Assembly (NCBI GenBank): GCA_965644265.1
Contig: OZ286459.1
Span: 30,504,001-30,568,000, forward strand
Length of the DNA: 64,000 nt
Direction of reading: 5' to 3'
Source: Glycera tridactyla
Taxonomy: Eukaryota
The translations under genes and the position numbers were made by a program. The notes below the pieces were generated by a model, which did no database searches, had not been told where the DNA came from, and saw only the letters and a program-made list of their open reading frames with translations. Below are positions 49,821 through 62,400 of this stretch, piece after piece (position 1 is the first letter of the stretch; every line of letters begins with the position of its first letter).

Positions 49821-50155
49821 NNNNNNNNNNNNNNNNNNNNNNNNNNNNNNNNNNNNNNNNNNNNNNNNNNNNNNNNNNNNNNNNNNNNNNNNNNNNNNNN
49901 NNNNNNNNNNNNNNNNNNNNNNNNNNNNNNNNNNNNNNNNNNNNNNNNNNNNNNNNNATTGNNNNNNNNNNNNNNNNNNNNNNNNNNNNNNNNNNNNNNN
50001 NNNNNNNNNNNNNNNNNNNNNNNNNNNNNNNNNNNNNNNNNNNNNNNNNNNNNNNNNNNNNNNNNNNNNNNNNNNNNNNNNNNNNNNNNNNNNNNNNNNN
50101 NNNNNNNNNNNNNNNNNNNNNNNNNNNNNNNNNNNNNNNNNNNNNNNNNNNNNNN
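49821..50155. other. Assembly gap (N run with 4 called bases at 49958-49961)
   Basis: Directly visible. Confidence 1.
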
Positions 50156-50199
50156 TTGGTTTCCCATGGGTTGAACCCGGTCAAATTTTCCCCCAATTT

Positions 50200-52100
50200 G
50201 TAAAGACACTATTTGAAATATTCACATGTCATTTCTGCGAAGATCTGTCGGACTTCGGAGTTTGCCTTACATTTTTAAAACATATTCGAGAGTGAAAAAG
50301 TTCTCGGGAGAGTGTTTTCTTCATTCCAATTTTCAGATGGGGATGTCCATTTTTTTGTGAATACTGCCACCTGTTTACCTATTTGAACTATTGCAATGAA
50401 GAAATCATGAGCCTCGTTCAAGACACGTCTCCCACTGTATAGAGAGACGTACCAGGAGATTGGTATGGAGTCAAGTATTGAGTGGTTCTTCAAACTGCGT
50501 GAATTGAAACAAACATTTTGTCTGATATTCAGGAATATAAAGTACCCATCATTAATGTCTTAGCATCAAAAGTCTACTTCTAACTTGCAGACTACTTTTG
50601 GAATGGGCATGTATAGGAGCGGATCTGGCCAGCTTACGAATGCAAGAAGCCACTCTTTTCGTATCACTCTTTTCTGGATAAACTATGTGGCTGATTATCC
50701 CGAGGTAAACTGCCTAGCGTCCATTGCACTTGTTGCTTAATCTTCAACATCTGAGTAAATATAAGATTTTGGTGCTTTCGAAATGATCATCCAACACCAT
50801 GATCGTGTGTTCGCAACTCACTGGCTGACATGGTGGTGGCGTCCGCGCAGTGTATTCCATGGACTATGACAGGCAGTTGGGCTACACCTCGTCGAAAAGC
50901 AGCATTTTGTTGGGATCCTATACCTGCGTGGTGATATGAGGCAATATAATTCATGTAAGAAAATTTCTTTGGTTCCACATGAAATTCTGGACGAAAAAAT
51001 ATGTATATCTAGCTCTGAGGTAGTTAAGCGGCTTAGCAGCAGATGTAACGTACGCTTTTGAGGTTGCTATATATCAGCAGCTGTGCACAGGTGCAATGGC
51101 ACTTTCTGACCCATTGCATGAATCATTACATTTAGCTGTCGGAAGAGAAGTTAATGCCCACACGTCCCACACAATGTGATATACTGGCTCTATGCTGGCA
51201 ATTCAGGGGATCTAGTTGTGCCAGGTATTCGCACAATGTCATGGTATAGGTGCTTAGGTTGTTATAGGATGTCTCATGAATTACTTACACGTGATTACCT
51301 CTTAGCCAAGAGCAGAGAAACATTTGCACTGTTGTGATCTTACAGTGTGACTCATGTGCAAAACGAGTGAGAGTTTGACTTGAATTGATTTGAACCAATC
51401 ATCAGCGTGAAATCAGGCATCCTTCTTCTCACCACTCTCGTTTGGGACTGCAGTTTGGATGACAAAAAATGAAACATATTTCAAATTTTTTTTCGGGTAG
51501 CCGATTGAAAGTGATAAACTGCCCCGATTTCCATGAATCCTGTATGGTTGTTGTGAGAGCCTGGCTGCTTTGAATAGATTACTTGGATAGCTCTTTATGA
51601 GTCTATCTTCCATGAAAATGGCTCCTACTTCTGGAATTTCTTGCCAGCTCATGATCGATTTTGGTTCAACATCAGGTTTGACACCACTAATGATATGAAT
51701 ACTCTCCACCTTTTTATGTTCATTTTAAACTGATGTTTAATTGTGCATTATGGGTATACATTGAAGCATTTCAATCTTGGGAGGTATTAAAGTGTTTGAT
51801 TGTATGATTCAGTGATTCATGAGTGCAATTCACATGGTTAATGGTTGAGTTTTGAGAGTAAGATATCCCCATCAAGGCCATTTCGACACAGTAAGCAGCT
51901 GGTGGACTGGATGAATGTGGATATTCAAATTGATTTCTCTCACACTCACCAGCAGAGGAGATGTGTGTTACCAGGCATCCCTTTTTCGGCATACATGCCA
52001 ACTTCACTTTTACTGTTATTCAACAATCACAATGTATGATCTCCAAATATCCGACTGAATGCTATTCTGCATGTGATGTACATGTGAAACCGGTGGAGCC
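50200..52100 (-). mobile_element. Degraded coding relic, possibly a SWIM-finger/THAP DNA transposon
   Basis: Collinear minus-strand ORF pieces 51771-52007, 51413-51709, 50787-50978, 50275-50493; shifted-frame FCT*VTL*DHNSANVSLLL resembles a broken SWIM CxC..CxH. The family call is by eye only. Confidence 0.3.
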
Positions 52101-52735
52101 GGGATCATTATACAGAGCTTGACGCTTGCGTTCTCAGCACACTTAGGCAAGTGCTCACTGAGAGGTAATTGTCCGAAAAATGACTGTATTTGCCCTACTT
52201 ATTTGATGTATACATATATACTCTTCGATACCCCAGTCGGCATGTATGGAGACCAGATTGCCCTACGCAATTACATTATAAGAATCCCCTGTAAAATACA
52301 AGTACATGTGTTATGTAAGACCTTTCAGAGGGGGGGGGGGGGGGGGGGGGGGTGAAAGTAGATGGGGTGAAATTCGATGTATGCTTGTGTTTGAAGAGAA
52401 AGCAGAAGAGTTGACTAAATCACCAACATTCATAATAAATAGTTGTCTATCTCCGGAATTAGGTCTTACATGACACTGAAGACCGACAGAAGCACTGTGT
52501 ATCACCAGAGGATCTTAGTTTGCAATGGGCCATATTCCATTCATAGTGCCCTCTGGTGGTCAGCGTTATTGAGGATGAGTGCATTCAGGTCATGATACCG
52601 TCACTACACAGGCACCTTCGGACTGGATGATTGAGGATAGCCGATGTAGTGATGAAGAACAGGGGAATCCATGGTTCGAGAGATTAGCACAAGGTGTCAC
52701 TTCTAGAACTCGTCGGGCAGACGGTTCAATTCACA

Positions 52736-52739
<4 letters not shown>

Positions 52740-52766
<27 letters not shown>

Positions 52767-52782
52767 CCACCACCACCACCAC
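52740..52782. repeat. (CAG)n(CAC)n microsatellite
   Basis: Directly visible. Confidence 0.9.
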
Positions 52783-53329
52783 CTTTTCCCTCCCGAAATT
52801 ACCTTTTCCCTCAAATCTGTTCTAACCCTCTAGCCCCTTTCTCAATACAGGCATTCCTCACTACTCGGTTTCTGGCCACATCAGGGGTCCAGGAATGCGC
52901 AGACAGCCTGATAATTCTAGTTCCGGCGACAAGGCCTCCTCATTGCCAATGGTAAATAATAGGGGTGATACTTTATATCTCATTTTTGTTATTGATCCAT
53001 CACTCATTGGCTCTTAAAAGCTCCCACACATATCGATTGGAAAACCAGTCACCATTATGCAGAATATGGGAATAAATGCACAAGAGTGAACTAGGAAGAT
53101 TTTGGTTTGAAATTAGCAGGGAGAGGTAAATGACCACAGTACATTTTTAAAAGGGGTCCAAACTGACTCACCAGGAGGTCATTGATTAAAGCCCTCATCT
53201 GAGATTACTGAATTTTGATGAAATATCCCTGACGGCATCACACAAGCAGGCTGTCGTCACCCTCCAAGTCTAGAGAAGAACTTGTGAGAAACGCCCGTAT
53301 TCTCCAGTAAAACGGTCTAAGTTTAGGTT

Positions 53330-53820
53330 GTTGATGACTGCATTGTCACTATACACGAAGCAGATACCAGGCACCCCAGTTCTGGGTTACTAGGTTTACT
53401 AGGTTGTGTGATGGCATTGCACTGCGAGCATACAGCAATCATAACCAAAGAGCTGGTTTGAAGTTCGCAGCTCATTATGATGCTTTACCATGTTTCAAGT
53501 GCTGTGCTATGTTCAACATAAAAAACCTTGCTATCAGGCATGATTTTCGGCATCCAACCATATGCCATATGCCATCTTCAAGTTCGAGATGTTTATGTTG
53601 GATGAGTAAAGGGGTACCTGAACTGTAACTTCAGGGTGAGAAGACATCAGGGAAATTTACCTGCCCACCTGGAAAATCAACCTGCCCGGCTTATATGTGC
53701 ATGTCATTTATAATGAGTTTTCAACTGTCCATCAGGGAAATCCATCTGCTGTGGGCTGGTTGGCAGCTATCTCCACTCACCCTTCAGTTACTCAAACTTG
53801 ACAACCTTTCAGGCTCCGCA
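53330..53820 (+). mobile_element. Retroposon family B copy interrupted by MITE E (53632-53784)
   Basis: Collinear with 56140-56520; the MITE has a CAGGGTGAGAAGA end. Confidence 0.7.
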
Positions 53821-53824
53821 TATT

Positions 53825-54020
53825 ATCACACGGAGGTGTCATTTTCAGTGAAGTATCAGGTGTTGAGTATGGCGCGTGTTACTTCACAGCTGGGCGAGAA
53901 GTGTTATTTTTACGATTGCTCCCCTAATCCATGTGATAAAAGCAAGAATATATGGCTGTGAGGTAAAAACGCAATACCAAACTGGATGTGAATTTTGCCG
54001 GATGTCACGAGGCCGAATGG
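53825..54020 (+). mobile_element. Hairpin element family F, truncated copy
   Basis: TTTTCAGTGAAGTATCAGGTGTTGAGT...CCATGTGATAAAAGCAAGA...GTGAGGTAAAAACGCAATACCAAAC; matches 61540-61803. Confidence 0.75.
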
Positions 54021-54036
54021 TCATCCTCGTCAACGT

Positions 54037-54476
54037 AAAGTCTGTCAAGCTTAATCGTGGCGGGTACGTTTTTCGCCCTCGTATCACGAATTTGGTTCAG
54101 ATTGTAATGATACTTGCAGACGCCCATGGTTGAGATCTCCGACGGCTAGAAATGTAATCTTGGCGAGATTTCCTTGTGTATTTCACCTTAGAACGTCAAA
54201 CATGTCAATTTCACATTGGTTTCGCGGCAAGTGCGGCGGCCGTATCACCACTGTTTCGCATACAAATGTTCGCCGATAGTGGCGGTAGATTTGCTGAAAA
54301 ATGCAATGAAATGATGGCGTAATCCTCTTCTAAATCATACATAACTCCCGAGAATAGGTTCGATAATCGCCGGAAGACCTGTACAATCTGTTCGTGCCAT
54401 TAAAAGTTAAATCAGACGGGAATTGGCGAAGTTAGAGTCTGAAACGTACCCGCCACATTTGGATCTGACAGAGTTT
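54037..54476. mobile_element. TIR element G
   Basis: AAAGTCTGTCAAG...GTGGCGGGTACGTTT / AAACGTACCCGCCAC...TGACAGAGTTT; related end at 59945-60006. Confidence 0.7.
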
Positions 54477-54779
54477 AGTCGCCACCCTTGTCGTTAATGT
54501 TGGAATCATCAATAGCGTTGTCGTCGTTGTCGTCGTTGTCGTCATCATCGATTGTCGTGGTGGTCATCGTCGTTACCATTGCTGCTGCCACCACCTGCCT
54601 GGGCTGAAGCAAAGTTACGCCCAACGCAATCAAACCACCGCGACCATTGCCTTTGACATCACCACCACAAACACCACAGTCAACATAAGCTCCCCATGAC
54701 CAAATACAATTCATTGCTCCTGCCGGTGATGGACTACTCACTGCATGACATTTTCATTCTTCTCTATTGCTGTCCACAG

Positions 54780-54837
54780 CCAATCCTTTATCATATCATT
54801 CTGTTGCATGATCTGCATTCCGATAGACCCATATATG
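54780..54837 (+). CDS. Candidate upstream exon (PILYHIILLHDLHSDRPIY)
   Basis: Long pyrimidine tract + CCACAG| acceptor, G|GTAAAT donor; loosely resembles the ILSHG...IYG segment of caspases. Confidence 0.2.
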
Positions 54838-54939
54838 GTAAATGTTGATACCCCATGTGGAGGAACAACACGAGATGCCAGAGGTGTGTGGGGTGGGGGT
54901 CGGAGGGACCTGAATTTGTTACTGTACCAAGTGAATGTG

Positions 54940-54940
54940 C

Positions 54941-55003
<63 letters not shown>
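54940..55003. repeat. (TG)n microsatellite
   Basis: Directly visible. Confidence 0.95.
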
Positions 55004-55007
<4 letters not shown>

Positions 55008-55189
55008 TAGCATATAGATTCAACGCATTCAGAACAAACCTTAATGAAAGTCTATCTTCCCATACATGTGCATTCTCATTCTCCTTAGGTAGATCAACAA
55101 TCTGATTTTCCCTCCGAAAGGAAGACATACATCTAATGCCCACTGACTCATCCTCACTTTCAGACACCCTGCCTTATTTGATTACATCG

Positions 55190-55650
55190 ATGTAACCTCC
55201 ATCTCTTCAATGTTTTCCTTGTCACTAGTTCTTCTCGGGTCCGCAAGGTGCCTCTCTGTCACTCCTGTGTGACAAAGAACTTGACGTTCTTTGTGTGTGA
55301 TGTAGTAGTTCCATGGATCGCCGTGGATATCACTTATGATGCTGAAAAGTCATGATGTGTAACTGACCCGGCCTAGTTCTGGAGTGACCTAATTTATCTT
55401 GGAACTCTATGATGAAAAACAGGACGCCCTTATGCTAGGGTTTTCTACTACTAACGATATCACTTGGCTGATTGGACAGCCACATGGCCAGCCACGGGAG
55501 TCCAAAAAATGTAACGTTATCTTTGGTAAATGGATCGCGCAGACGTCCGTGTTTTCTGATTCTAACTCAATTGCCCGTCTGCTGATATCCTTTGACTTCT
55601 TGTAGAAATACGCGGTTGTCTTATATTTCAAATTTCGTGATGGTGACTTC
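55190..55650 (-). pseudogene. Possible decayed TIR domain
   Basis: One frame reads LHFLDSRGWPCGCPISQVISLVVEN...S*SSKIN*VTPEL...LFSIISDIHGDPW, resembling the TIR motifs RDW..G..I...I..SVE, W...E and GDPW; several in-frame stops. Confidence 0.4.
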
Positions 55651-56139
55651 TCTCACAGCTGCAATTCGAAATGTTAGTGAGTTTTTCGAAAATCAAAGAA
55701 TCAAATATTTTGGGGAATGAGAAATTGCACGTGTTGACCCCACCTCGTTTGGTATTATGCCTGTGAGTTCTTCGACAGTATACTGACTGACGGATGTGCC
55801 ATCGTATAGGTCTGATAATATTTCATAAGCAACAGCACTTCATCATTGTGAAGTTATTACAATACAATACAATACACTCATATGGTGGCATGACCCTTCT
55901 ACCGTCCCATATCTCAGGCGACGCTCTAATGGATTCAGCTGTCCATTTGCATATTCATGATACTTACACTTAATTGATCTGGTCACAGTTTTTTTTTGTT
56001 ATTTGACAAAGCTTTCGATTAATTGAACATTCTCAGAATGCTCTTCTATATACAATACGTGAGTGACAATCGGAGATTCTATGTCTATCATCCATATTCA
56101 CCACATGAACTTTGGATCAAGTTGTACTTGGGACCTTTG

Positions 56140-56660
56140 CCTGTAGCAGATATTGTCACTATGCAAAAAGCGGGTACCAGGCACACCAGTTCTGGGTTAC
56201 TAGGGCTGCGACTAGGTTACAAGGTTGTGTGATGGCATTGTACTACAAGCATAGGGCATACCATGATTGTAAAGCTGCATGCTGGAAGTTGACAGTTTGT
56301 TATTAAACACATTGGTCGAGTATTCTCCGAATCTAACGCTTTTCCTAATGTCAAGTGCTGCGCTTTGCAAAAAAAAAAACATTGCTATCAGGCTTGAGTG
56401 TTGGCTTCCAGCCAGTTACATAGTTAGATATGCCATCATTAGATTCACTTTGTTCATGAAGAGCAGGTAGAAGTGTGTCTGAACTGTCAGCTACTTCCAC
56501 TTGACAACCTTTCAGGTTCCCCATCATCTTGTGTCCAGGGTTTGTGAGAGTGATGTCTGCAGGGGAGAGAACATCTAGCTTTCATTGACCAGGAACACAC
56601 GGCATACACAATCCCGTGGGTTGATACATGCCGTTAAACCTCAAACAAACAAACAAACCA
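56140..56660 (+). mobile_element. Retroposon family B copy with (AAAC)n tail
   Basis: Ends GCCGTTAAACCTCAAACAAACAAACAAAC; matches 10521-10800 and 53330-53820. Confidence 0.8.
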
Positions 56661-57039
56661 GTTTATCCACCACATGATAGAAGGGCAGAAGAAAAGTCAG
56701 CCAAATCCGTTAACATTCAGAACCCCCCTACTGCCATATGCGTGAGATATGCAAAAATACCCCAAATTGGCGATTTTTATTACATATTCGGACTTCTATC
56801 TCTAACACTTTCATAATTGAGGGGTCAAAATATGTGTTTGATCTTAGGTAGGTTCCCAAGGCACTTGAAGATAATATTTCTAATGAATGGTACTGTTCCA
56901 TGTGTGAAATAGGCGCGAAATTGGCGATTATCTATACAATTCGGACTACTGACCCTGGTACTGTCATGATTTAGGGGTCAAAATATCCATTCAATCTCAG
57001 GTTAGCTCCAAAAACATTTGGGGTTGATATTTTCTGATT

Positions 57040-58560
57040 AATGGTACTGTTGCATATATGAAATTGCTGCGATTATTTGGAAAAAAGGGCAGTCAAACAT
57101 CCCAGGAGATCTCTCCCATGATGAGGGTGGATGGCCAGAGGATGGGATGCTATTATTGGGCCCTCCAGTATTCCAGGGCATCAATTGCCCCTGGTCAAAA
57201 CTGTTTTGCAGCGGTACCATGCCCTGTGCATTGGAGATCTCTTTCGGTCCACTTACAAACTGACTTAACAAATTCTGACTGCTTCATACAAATCATGAGT
57301 CAACAAGGATGGACATGCTCTTTTGAGCAGATTCTTTCGATTCCTAGGAGCTGGCTGTAAGGAAGGCTTCTTCAGTTGTGCACTGGATGTGAGGATGAGT
57401 AATGTAGATATGTATGGCTATCAGTAAGTTTGCTATATACATCTGTCCAGAACTTTCCACCCTGATCCAGATGAAGCGTTGTATCTAGGAAGTTGACCCC
57501 CGTAATTGATGCCTCCAAAGTGAACTTTATTTTTTGGTGACATGTATTTAGGTGGTCTTCAAACCTATCCAATTCTACCTGCCCATGAGTCCAGTTGATA
57601 ATAACATCATCCAGGAATCGTTTATAGAGGAGCGGTTAGATCGGATAATTGTATGCAAATCTCTCCTCAAAATCAGCCATGAAAATGATCGCCAAATTAG
57701 GTGCCACCCTCGTTCCCATTGCTGTACCCCCGACCTGTAAGAAGTTCTCATCATTAAACTGGAAATTATCACATTTCAATGTGACTTCCAAGAGGTTGCG
57801 TAGTGTTTCGTTTCTGGGGTGTATTTCTGAAATTGTCTAGGAAAAGTCTCACACTTTCAATCCCCTCGTCAATGGGGATATTGGTGTATAAACTGGTTAC
57901 ATCCATTGTGGCTAGGATACTACCAGGTGGGACAGATTCCAGGTTCTCAATCTCTAGAATGAAGTGGCTTGTGTCTTTCAGATAAAATTTTATTGAATTC
58001 ATATCAGGTTTCAGGAAGAAATCAACAAATTCTGAAATTCTTTCTGTCGGACACTCGTTGGCAGACACAATTGCTCTGCTTGGGGGTTTCACTGTTTTCT
58101 TATGGATCTTTGGTAAAAGATAGAATTGAGCAGTTCTCGGATTCTCATTTAATAAGTAGTCCAAAGCTTTTGTTCCAATTTCACCCTTGTTTCCAAGTTC
58201 CATCAACATATCAGGCACCTTTTTGTTGTAGATATCAGTTGAATTATAACCCAACTGTCTATAACCCTCCCTCAGGTAATTTGATTTGGACATGACAATA
58301 TTGGACCCCTTGTCAACCTCTTTGATAACTATGTCAGGGTTCCTATTGAGCTCCTTGATTCCAAGTCTCTCCTCTTGGGTGAGATTCTGTTTCAAAGGAG
58401 AAGATGTTTCCATTCTAGCAAGCTTTAACTCATTAACTGCAATCATGGTGTCTAGCATGACAGGATAATTTCAGGAAGCGACGTTGATTTGCCACAAAAT
58501 TGGGCATGCTCAAATGGGTCCAAAAATATCTATTCATCATTTGTTTGTGTCGATAATTGT
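57040..58560 (-). mobile_element. Penelope-like retroelement reverse transcriptase fragment, frameshifted
   Basis: ORF 57769-58458: IVIKEVDKG, FYLLPKIHK, R.IVS...PTE.IS.FVD..LKP, YLKDT, TMDV.SLYTNIP. It continues in shifted frames as GTAMGT..AP, RFLDDV, FT.E...V.FLD, VYSKLTDSHTYLHYSSSHP. These are diagnostic PLE RT motifs. Confidence 0.93.
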
Positions 58561-58743
58561 GATCCCCTCCTGAAAGCTGCCCAGGCTTCACTTTTATCTG
58601 TACCTTCCCCGAAATGTGACCTTAGTTTCATATTTCAGTGAAATGTATCGATATCTCATTTCCCCCATATCGGGTTCACCAGGAGTGGGGCAAAAGGTCA
58701 GCCCCCTTTCAATCTGCCTTTTTTCTTTTTTGTGCATCACTAG

Positions 58744-58809
58744 ACTTCGCTATAAAAGAAGTGGCTGACTGTTTGCTGAAATCTGTGACAGGTTGTATAT
58801 ATGATGACG
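58744..58809 (+). CDS. Candidate upstream exon of the caspase-like gene (DFAIKEVADCLLKSVTGCIYDD)
   Basis: Polypyrimidine tract + CACTAG| acceptor, G|GTAGTA donor, phase 1 to 1 compatible with 59485; only weak resemblance to the caspase p20 end. Confidence 0.3.
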
Positions 58810-59006
58810 GTAGTAAACGGTATATCTATTATATCGAGTATATCTTGAACTAGGGGTGTTTGATATATGATAATATCAGTGATGATGTAAATGCAAATGA
58901 AATGGTCAATCCATATATTGAATCGATGTATGATATAATGTCGTTGCGCAGCTAGTATAATTGGGCACTTCTGTAAAGCCTTGATCGGGGTATAAGCTTA
59001 CTAGTT

Positions 59007-59179
59007 GGTTGGTTGGTTGGTTAGTTGTAGTTTAACGTCACGTCAGCACCATCATGGCTATATTGTGACGCCCATGCAATGGGCATGGGTGGGATCTTCC
59101 AAGACTCCTCCTTCTGGGTCCCAAACGGAAGGTGAAAATTTATGAAATTCACAGACACTCAAGGTGCCATTTCTCGATC
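59007..59179 (-). mobile_element. SINE-like family C copy, 14-bp TSD
   Basis: TAAGCTTACTAGTT at 58993-59006 and 59180-59193. Confidence 0.9.
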
Positions 59180-59319
59180 TAAGCTTACTAGTTTATCACA
59201 TCACAGTGGCCATTCTTAGGTACACACCTAAGAATGTACCTGTAGATATAGATGTGACATTCAGACACAGGGAGAGCGATGCATGAATGAGAAAGAATAA
59301 AGTGCTGTTGCTTATAATG

Positions 59320-59480
59320 CTGCTGCTGCTGCTGCTGCTGCTGTTGATGATGATGATGATGATGGTGATGATGATTCTGATGATGATTCTGATGATGATT
59401 CTGATTCTGATTCTGATGATGATTCTGATGATGATTCTGATGATGATTCTGATGATTCTGATTCTGATTCTGATTCTGAT
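59320..59480. repeat. Compound (GCT)n(GAT)n(ATTCTG)n microsatellite
   Basis: Directly visible; ends at the acceptor of the 59485 exon. Confidence 0.95.
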
Positions 59481-59484
59481 GTAG

Positions 59485-62400
59485 GTGTGGCCTCAGAAGA
59501 TGCCAATGCGGACCGTCACGAGCCGGAGATCCAAGGCTCCAAACGTGATGACCACCCCATGGCTCACATGCTGGTGATCAAGACAACTTGGGACGGTAAA
59601 ACGTTTCCTATTTTTATTCATTCAGCCTCAACTCATCATCTATGATTTGTAGTTCATTTATCGTCTGATATGAGTTTCGTTTGCACGATGTGTTAAATCG
59701 ATGTTCCAGCGGCGATCAAATCTGGTTTCACGAACGTTACATGCTTTTGAAGAGGATGTGCGACCATTTCATGGCATTTTCATGGCAATTATCTGGACGG
59801 GAAAGAGTGGAGATACGGCTGCCGCACATTCCATGATACCAGCGTGAAATCAACTTCATATTGAAATAGACGAGGGAACTTCACTTGGATCACATTTCGA
59901 GTAGGCGGTGATGTCAACAATGTCTGTCAGTCTCATTTCAACCTGGAGCAAATTCGTGATCATAACGCAAAAAACGTACCCGCCACGAGTTAACTTGACA
60001 GACTTTACTGTCCATGGACTTTCACGAAAAATAGATGTTGCATGCGGTCTTTCGGATTGAAAGATATCTCAGGGGAAGGTCGTGGTACAGAATGTAATTT
60101 TATCAGCACCCAACCCGTCAACGTAGATGGGTGATTTGTGTGTCGTTTTTCTATTCCAGATGAGAAGGCGTTTCGGAATAGAAGCGAAGGCTCATGGTTC
60201 ATCGAGGAACTGATACTGATGCTGGAATTGTTCAGCCACCAAAACGATTTGGCGGAGATCATCAGAAAGGTTATTGATCAATTTTCAAATATGATATACC
60301 CAAAACGATTTGGCGGAGATCATCAGAAAGGTTATTGATCACGTTTCAAATATGATATACCCAAAACGATTTGGCGGAGATCATCAGAAAGGTTATTGAT
60401 CACGTTTCAAATATGATATCCCCAAAACGATTTGACGGAGATCATCAGAAAGGTTATTGATCATGTTTCAAATTTGATCTCCACCAAAACGATTTGTCGG
60501 AGATCAGTCTCCGAATTTAGCCACTCTCCCGAATCCCGGGGAGAGTGAATTTCGTTTTGAAAAGACAAAACTCACTCTCCCGATGGGAGAGTGTAGATTT
60601 TCCAGTTGATGAGAAAGTTATGATTTTTTGTTAAGACAGGACAAGACGTTTTTGACTCCTACAACAAACACTCTATTCCCTGCAAGATGACTTGCATATA
60701 CCTACACAAGTTTGACTATTGAGAACGGACCTGAACAAAAAATGGGTTGGTGTTACTGAGATAGTCAGTCACATCAAGTTGGAATTAATATCATGATAAG
60801 GCGTTTACTCACACAAATATCTTGCTCTTAAGATAGCTTACTTCGAGCTTGTTTTCTTTACACTTTCTGAACAAATTCGGGAGAGTGAATTTATTTTCGG
60901 GAGAGTGATATTTCCAGTCTGCTCTCCCGACGGGAGAGTGACTTGTAAAGTTTTTCGTGACGACTGGGAGATCATCAGAAAGGTTATTGATCATGTTCAA
61001 ATATGATATACCCAAAACGATTTGGCGGAGATCATCAGAAAGGTTATTGATCACGTTCAAATATGTTATACCCAAAACGCTTGAGAAATTATAATATCTA
61101 TTCCTCTCATTGACTGAACCCCAACACCCACACACGGCAAAATGAAAGAAAAGACATTTGTATCTGATTATGAGTCAGCAACCATCATTTAACAATCTGG
61201 TTTACCCGAATTAATTCCAGATAAATCGTAGCCGAATCATCATGCGCACACCTCACTCAGGATGTGTTGATAATATTCATGATAATTTCGATCCTTGATC
61301 TAGTTATGAATGCATGGTCTCACATACAAGATATGGCATTCGAAGACTACGCAATTTGTCATGTATGATTCTGTTAAAACATTAAACCTCTTGAGAAATT
61401 GGTCTGACGTAACTCATCTCTGTCTGACTATAGAGAATGAAAGAATTTAGCTCCGAATATTTCTGACAGTTTATTCATTGTGTATTGACCAAGGTGGCCT
61501 TTGCAGTGAGCTAAGTTCACTAGCAGTTCCTATCATTATCACATGGATGTGCCATTTTCAGCGAAGTATCAGGTGTTGAGTATTGCGTGTGATACTTCAC
61601 AGCTGAGCGAGAACTACCTTTTGATGATTTCTCCCATGAACCATGTGATAGAAGCAAGACTACATGACCGTGAGGTGAAAACACAATAACGAACTTGGTG
61701 TGAACTTCTCCAGATGTCACTCGGCCTGCGGCCTCGTGACATCTACTGAGAGTCACACCTCGTTTGGTATTGCGTTTTTACTTCACGGCTATATAGTCTT
61801 GCTATACTACATGTCATATGGATGTGAGATATGCAAATGTGCACCTACAGTATGTAAAATCGGCCACCCCAGACATTGGAGAAAAGTTATGACTTGCCAT
61901 GACCTTCTGAGAAAATCAATGAAATATGAGTTAGTGATATGAATAAGAAAGTTCTGTGGATGTCTGTCATCACAAGCAACCATGTGTTATTCAACATGTG
62001 TTTTCAATCATCTACGTGTACTACTAACAACCCAGTGCATGCCGAATGGGATATCAAAGGCCGGTCTCTTCCTTGACTTACGTTAAAGATCCACTGCTGT
62101 TTTCGCAAAGAGTAGGGACGGCCCCCGGCAGGCAGTGACTCTTTTCTTCAGCATTTTCAGGTTGTTTTTTTTCAGTCCGATATAAACCATGCGGGTTTAA
62201 ATGACGTTAACTCAAACAAACAAACAAACAAACAAACAAACAGACAAACGAACAGTACTACTAACACGAAATATGCAACACGATACGTCATTCCCATCAT
62301 CAAATGTGACTGATTAGGTGCAAAAATGTATTGAAAGCCTGACATGCTTGAGCTATGATCAGTGCAAAATTTGCCAATGAATCATATTATGTACTTCGAA

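Noticed and set aside
49738-50209. Four ORFs of 127-152 aa
   Set aside because: Artefacts of translating through the N gap.
52588-52951. Plus-strand exon candidates 52588-52693 and 52851-52951 as a caspase prodomain
   Set aside because: The acceptors are plausible, but the first donor is poor and neither peptide resembles a CARD, DED or p20.
53330-56480. Similarity of 53330-53630 and 56140-56480 as duplicated gene exons
   Set aside because: Both continue into the family B retroposon 3' end that also occurs at 10521-10800, so they are repeat copies.
58470-58600. Caspase p20 exon (GSDVD or LFIICLCR in different frames)
   Set aside because: The motifs are in different frames and bounded by stops, there is no donor, and the opposite strand reads as the upstream continuation of the Penelope ORF.
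59287-59506. Poly-Leu/Met and Ser/Glu ORFs
   Set aside because: Translations of a compound microsatellite.
60239-61080. CRISPR-like array
   Set aside because: Units are contiguous with no unique spacers, the context is eukaryotic, and the unit derives from an exon end.
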